A DNA stretch of 63,948 bases, the filler included, from Lenisia limosa (lineage: Eukaryota > Protista > Breviatea), in assembly GCA_001655205.1 (NCBI GenBank). It is 12 parts of 12 records of this genome, joined end to end, with 100 filler letters (N's around TTAATTAATTAA, not from the genome) between each part and the next. Parts side by side here need not be neighbours in the genome. Positions count along the whole stretch, not along the records: positions 45,697 to 62,014 come from LPNZ01010092.1; positions 62,115 to 63,948 come from LPNZ01009959.1; 10 more parts are not named here. One strand, given 5' to 3'. Position 1 is the first letter of the stretch. The number at the start of each line of letters is the position of its first letter. The notes under the pieces are model-generated. The model was not told where the DNA came from and ran no database searches. It saw only the letters and a program-made list of their open reading frames with translations. Below are positions 59,965 through 63,948 of this stretch, one piece after another. Both the position numbers and the translations under genes were made by a program.

Positions 59965-61910
59965 ATGTCACAGCCTCCAGGGGGCAGGGCCTCCGTCTTA
60001 TCCCCTTAGTATGTTGGATGATCTTGGATGTCTGTGCAAGCTGTCGGTATTGACTTACTTTTGTTTTTCTTCATGGTGAAAGTCGAAGTGCTTTTTTTTT
60101 AGTTCCCTTATGTTATTCAACAAACACTTCTTTTCTTTCGCCCTTCTCACAGTCACCTTATCACGCAGTCACTGCCATTTTACCCATTTCTTCTCGCAAA
60201 TCAAAGCTTCCCTCACCCACCCTTTCGCCTAATTGCCTCACCCATTCAGCCACTATTTTGGCGTTCAGACGGGAGTCAGTCGGAACATCCTTGTCTTAGA
60301 CAGCACTCAAGTTGCCATTCCCGTAAGCTTTTGGGGGGTCTTGGAGAAAGGCTGTATTTTTTGGTTCTGGATTTAAGTTTCCGTTTGTACCCTTCATATG
60401 TTTGGTCAACAGAGTTGATTTATTTCTGTTTCTTAAATTGGTTGATTCTGGGTTTGGTCAATCTCACACCCCACCTCCCAATGGGATGCGGTGCTGTAAG
60501 CGACTGGTCTGGGCTTTGTTTGTTTTGTTGTTGTTAACCCTTGTGTGTTGTCAGCCAACAGAGTTGAGTTGGTTTTTTTTTTGTTTCATAAATTTTCAAT
60601 ATTACGNNNNNNNNNNNNNNNNNNNNNNNNNNNNNNNNNNNNNNNNNNNNNNNNNNNNNNNNNNNNNNNNNNNNNNNNNNNNNNNNNNNNNNNNNNAAAT
60701 GCTGTTTACTGCTCCGCCGCCGCGCCCTGTTACCATCACCGCCCTCGCCGTGTCCCCAAATAAAAAGGTGTGTATTTTTGGACAAGATATTTCTACAACC
60801 TTTCACATAATATGCGCACGGAAGACAGTAAAAATCAAGGAAAACGTGAGGAAAAATAAATTCATAGGAATCTCATAAAACAAATTACCATACTTACGTG
60901 CGCCTTTTGTTTTCATTAAAGGTATTATTATTAGGTGTTATTATATTACCCGTAAGAAACCAAGGCTTCAACCCCCACGTTTAATATTTTAGTATTTGGC
61001 TATCGCTGAGGTTACCCCGGATCAGCCATCCCAGGTGAGTGGTTTTCTAGAGGAAAAAGAGCTTCCATTCGTCTAATATAATTGTAATTAATGAGGTGTG
61101 AGGTTGAAAGGCAATGAAAAACCATTGTGACATTCACTTCCGCTAGACACAACCGAACTTATAAAGAAATATCATATATCATAAACTATAATATGTATCA
61201 TCTATCTATCTCATGATCATATGATATAATGCCCACCACTTTAGGTTGGAATTGTTTACATTCCATCCCTGAAACGCGTCCGGACTGTTACAACTGATAC
61301 CCCTGACCGCATCACTCATCTTGCCTTTTCTGGTATGTCCAATCACCCATCTTGCTTTACCCTTTGCAAGAATCGAGTATTTTTCGATAATATATCGATA
61401 TCACAGGAAAGCCCCCCCCCCCNNNNNNNNNNNNNNNNNNNNNNNNNNNNNNNNNNNNNNNNNNNNNNNNNNNNNNNNNNNNNNNNNNNNNNNNNNNNNN
61501 NNNNNNNNCATTAAACTCTCAGTTTTTTTAAAAACATATTGCACCACACCCATGTACTTGTCACTTATAATGGACCCCTAGGTGACTCAAGGTATCTGGC
61601 TACACAATCTACAGACGCCCACTTTACGCTGCTGTATTGGCTATGGGACAAGAACCGCGTGGGTTGGGTGAAATCCAAGATAGTCAGTTATCATCGAAGC
61701 ACTACTGTTCAGTCAACCTTTTGTTCATTCTAATAACCCCATCTTAAGCTAATAACCCATCTAAATAACCATTTTAACGGATTTATGTCACCATCAAAAC
61801 CTATCTAAAGCCATAATAATCCCGCTGCAGGTTGTGGCCCATCATCGTGTCCAAATGGAGGTTTCAGGTCTTGCTACCAACCCCGATGATCATTCCGAGC
61901 TGGTTGTATG
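59965..61910 (+). CDS. CFAP57: CFAP57/WDR65 (FAP57)-like WD40 protein, N-terminal part
   Basis: Spliced: MSQPPGGRASVLSPYHYFGVQTGVSRNILVLDSTQVAIP..ITALAVSPNKKYLAIAE..VGIVYIPSLKRVRTV..ITHLAFSGDSRYLATQS..FTLLYWLWDKNRVVAH... This parallels the FAP57 N-terminus as recalled (FG...V.NN...D...V..P / ALxVSxNK+xLAVAE / LxFSGDxKxLxxQ / LxxWxWxK). Exons at ~62755-62832, ~63390-63416 and ~63710-63790 may continue it beyond the spacer. Confidence 0.72.
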
Positions 61911-62227
61911 GTGAGGGAAGTGTGAAGTTATGTTGTATGGTGAGGGAAGCTGTGTGACACTATTTTTATTGTATCCATAACTCCTTCGTTTCATCCCCCC
62001 CCCCCCTTTCCCTCNNNNNNNNNNNNNNNNNNNNNNNNNNNNNNNNNNNNNNNNNNNNTTAATTAATTAANNNNNNNNNNNNNNNNNNNNNNNNNNNNNN
62101 NNNNNNNNNNNNNNGTCCGTGTCATCACTGAAAGCCCAAGATCTCTACACACCCTCAAACCGTCCGTTGCCACCACTATCATCAACCTTCCCATTCCTTT
62201 CAGGTTGGGGAGATGGGGGCAAAGATT

Positions 62228-62305
62228 CAGTGACCGGGATAAGTATTGACCGATTTGTTTTAGGAAATCACATAGAAAATCGGTCAAGACTTATCCCAGT
62301 CACTG
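62228..62305. mobile_element. MITE family D copy
   Basis: CAGTGACCGGGATAAGTATTGACCGAT...ATCGGTCAAGACTTATCCCAGTCACTG. Confidence 0.75.
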
Positions 62306-63565
62306 TGTATTTGGAAACCGGAGAAGGATTGGAAGAAAAAATTTAAAAAAAACAAAGGGGGGGGGGGGGGGGNNNNNNNNNNNNNNNNNNNNNNNNNNNN
62401 NNNNNNNNNNNNNNNNNNNNNNNNNNNNNNNNNNNNNNNNNNNNNNNNNNNNNNNNNNNNNNNNNNNNNNNNNNNNNNNNNNNNNNNNNNNNNNNNNNNN
62501 NNNNNNNNNNNNNNNNNNNNNNNNNNNNNNNNNNNNNNNNGTTGGGGGGCTAAAAGCTGTGTGCACAGAGTTGCAAGGCAAATGATTGGGTGAATTATTA
62601 TCTTATTATACGATATGCCAATATCCCTTACAAGCGCTGTTATCAACCTTCGTATGTTTTCAGCCAATAGAGTTGATTTTGGGCTTTTTTTGTTTCATAA
62701 ATTTTCACACAAACCAATATAATATGTATACTATATATTTAATGTAACATCCCCTAGACTGGATCCACGGCTTCAGGCCTCTGGATTGCTGGCGAGTCTC
62801 AGAACAGTCAAAACCTCTTCATCACTATTAAGGTAGGGGTAAACGTTTGTTAATTGGTATGTATTTATTGGATGGGAGGGTTATCTTCAATACTATTAAG
62901 GTGGGCGTAAACATATAAATAAGGTAGGTTATCTTCCCTTTTTTTTATTGGCCCTGTTATCTTTAACTCGGAATTAGGAGGACGCTTTGTTCAGTGACCA
63001 CTGCTGGACGTTTGGCTTGGTGGGTTGGTTGAATCTGTGACCTTCCCCTCTTAACCATAGCATTCTTTCACAGTGGTACAAAACGGTGATTGAAGTGTAT
63101 AAACTACTATATCTACTTTGAGGGTTGCTTAGTGTTTTCAGCCAATAGAGTTGATTTTGAGCTTCTTTTTTTTTTTTCTTTTTTTTTTTTNNNNNNNNNN
63201 NNNNNNNNNNNNNNNNNNNNNNNNNNNNNNNNNNNNNNNNNNNNNNNNNNNNNNNNNNNNNNNNNNNNNNNNNNNNNNNNNNNNNNNNNNNNNNNNNNNN
63301 NNNNNNNNNNNNNNNNNNNNNNNNNNNNNNNNNNNNNNNNNNNNNNNNNNNNNNNNNNNNNNNNNNNNNNNNNNNNNNNNNNNNNNNNCTGTTCTTCCCC
63401 CAACTGCTATCAAGGTATGTAAATGTACCAATGTTAACCCATATCCACTTGTGGTATGATAATGACCGACTTTCCAGTCGAAATGATGAACGAAGATAAC
63501 ACGAGTTCATATTAAATGAGAGTTGAAAATGATCCAAAAAGTGATATGATCTAGCAATGTACATA

Positions 63566-63647
63566 CAGCGACCGGGATAAGTTTTGACCGATTTGCCACG
63601 TATATGATTTCCCAAGGAATATCGGTCAAGTCTTCTCCCGGTCACTG
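63566..63647. mobile_element. MITE family D (TA-flanked, CAG..CTG termini; Tc1/mariner-like signature)
   Basis: TA|CAGCGACCGGGATAAGTTTTGACCGAT...ATCGGTCAAGTCTTCTCCCGGTCACTG|TA. Second copy at 62228-62305; degenerate copy at ~335-390. Confidence 0.75.
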
Positions 63648-63948
63648 TATATATTGGTACCCCCCCCCCATCTTTTAACTCTTACCCTCAATCTCACCCC
63701 CCACCTGCAGATCTCTAAGGCAGGCCACGGACAGGCATTTGTCAGCTCCGTATTGACCGACTCCATCATCAAGGAAAATATCGTTGAAAGTTGGGAAGTG
63801 TCAAAGTGAATGTTTGTATAGTATAATCTTTTAGAGTATGTAATATAATATATCATTTTCTATCTCATATAGATATCAAATATCGATATCTTACCGGTCT
63901 TTATCGGACCGTAGGGAAGCCCTATATGTCAATAATATATCATATATA

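Noticed and set aside
855-63856. Most entries in the six-frame ORF track, especially those crossing X/N runs
   Set aside because: Read-through of N gaps, introns or antisense frames. For example, 50113-50457(-) overlaps and is antisense to the TIM50 5' exons.
1-63948. rRNA, tRNA, autonomous transposase/reverse transcriptase or viral genes
   Set aside because: None recognised by eye; tRNAscan-SE, Infernal and HMM searches were not run.

Overview
Gapped draft genome of an intron-rich microbial eukaryote (standard code, GT-AG introns, mitochondrial TIM50). Lineage is not determinable; the gene content would fit an amoebozoan-like protist, by inference only. Eleven artificial N44-TTAATTAATTAA-N44 spacers divide the window into 12 segments, so adjacency across them is unreliable. 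The ORF track is mostly uninformative because real genes are split into short exons, so I spliced exons by hand and checked phases. Supported genes: an alpha-2-macroglobulin/TEP-like C-terminus, a RhoGAP that appears to lack its arginine finger, a secreted redox-inactive PDI-like + TPR protein, an FG-GAP integrin-alpha-like protein, a class I phosphodiesterase, a LAG1/TLC ceramide-synthase-like protein, an arrestin-N-like protein, an EF-hand + PH protein with predicted lipid anchors at both termini, TIM50, CFAP57/WDR65, and several unidentified proteins. Introns hold at least four repeat families. The most unusual signals are (i) a ~140-bp element that is sense-oriented in every gene where strand could be called and often forms the intron 3' end, and (ii) frequent short tandem duplications that copy splice junctions.
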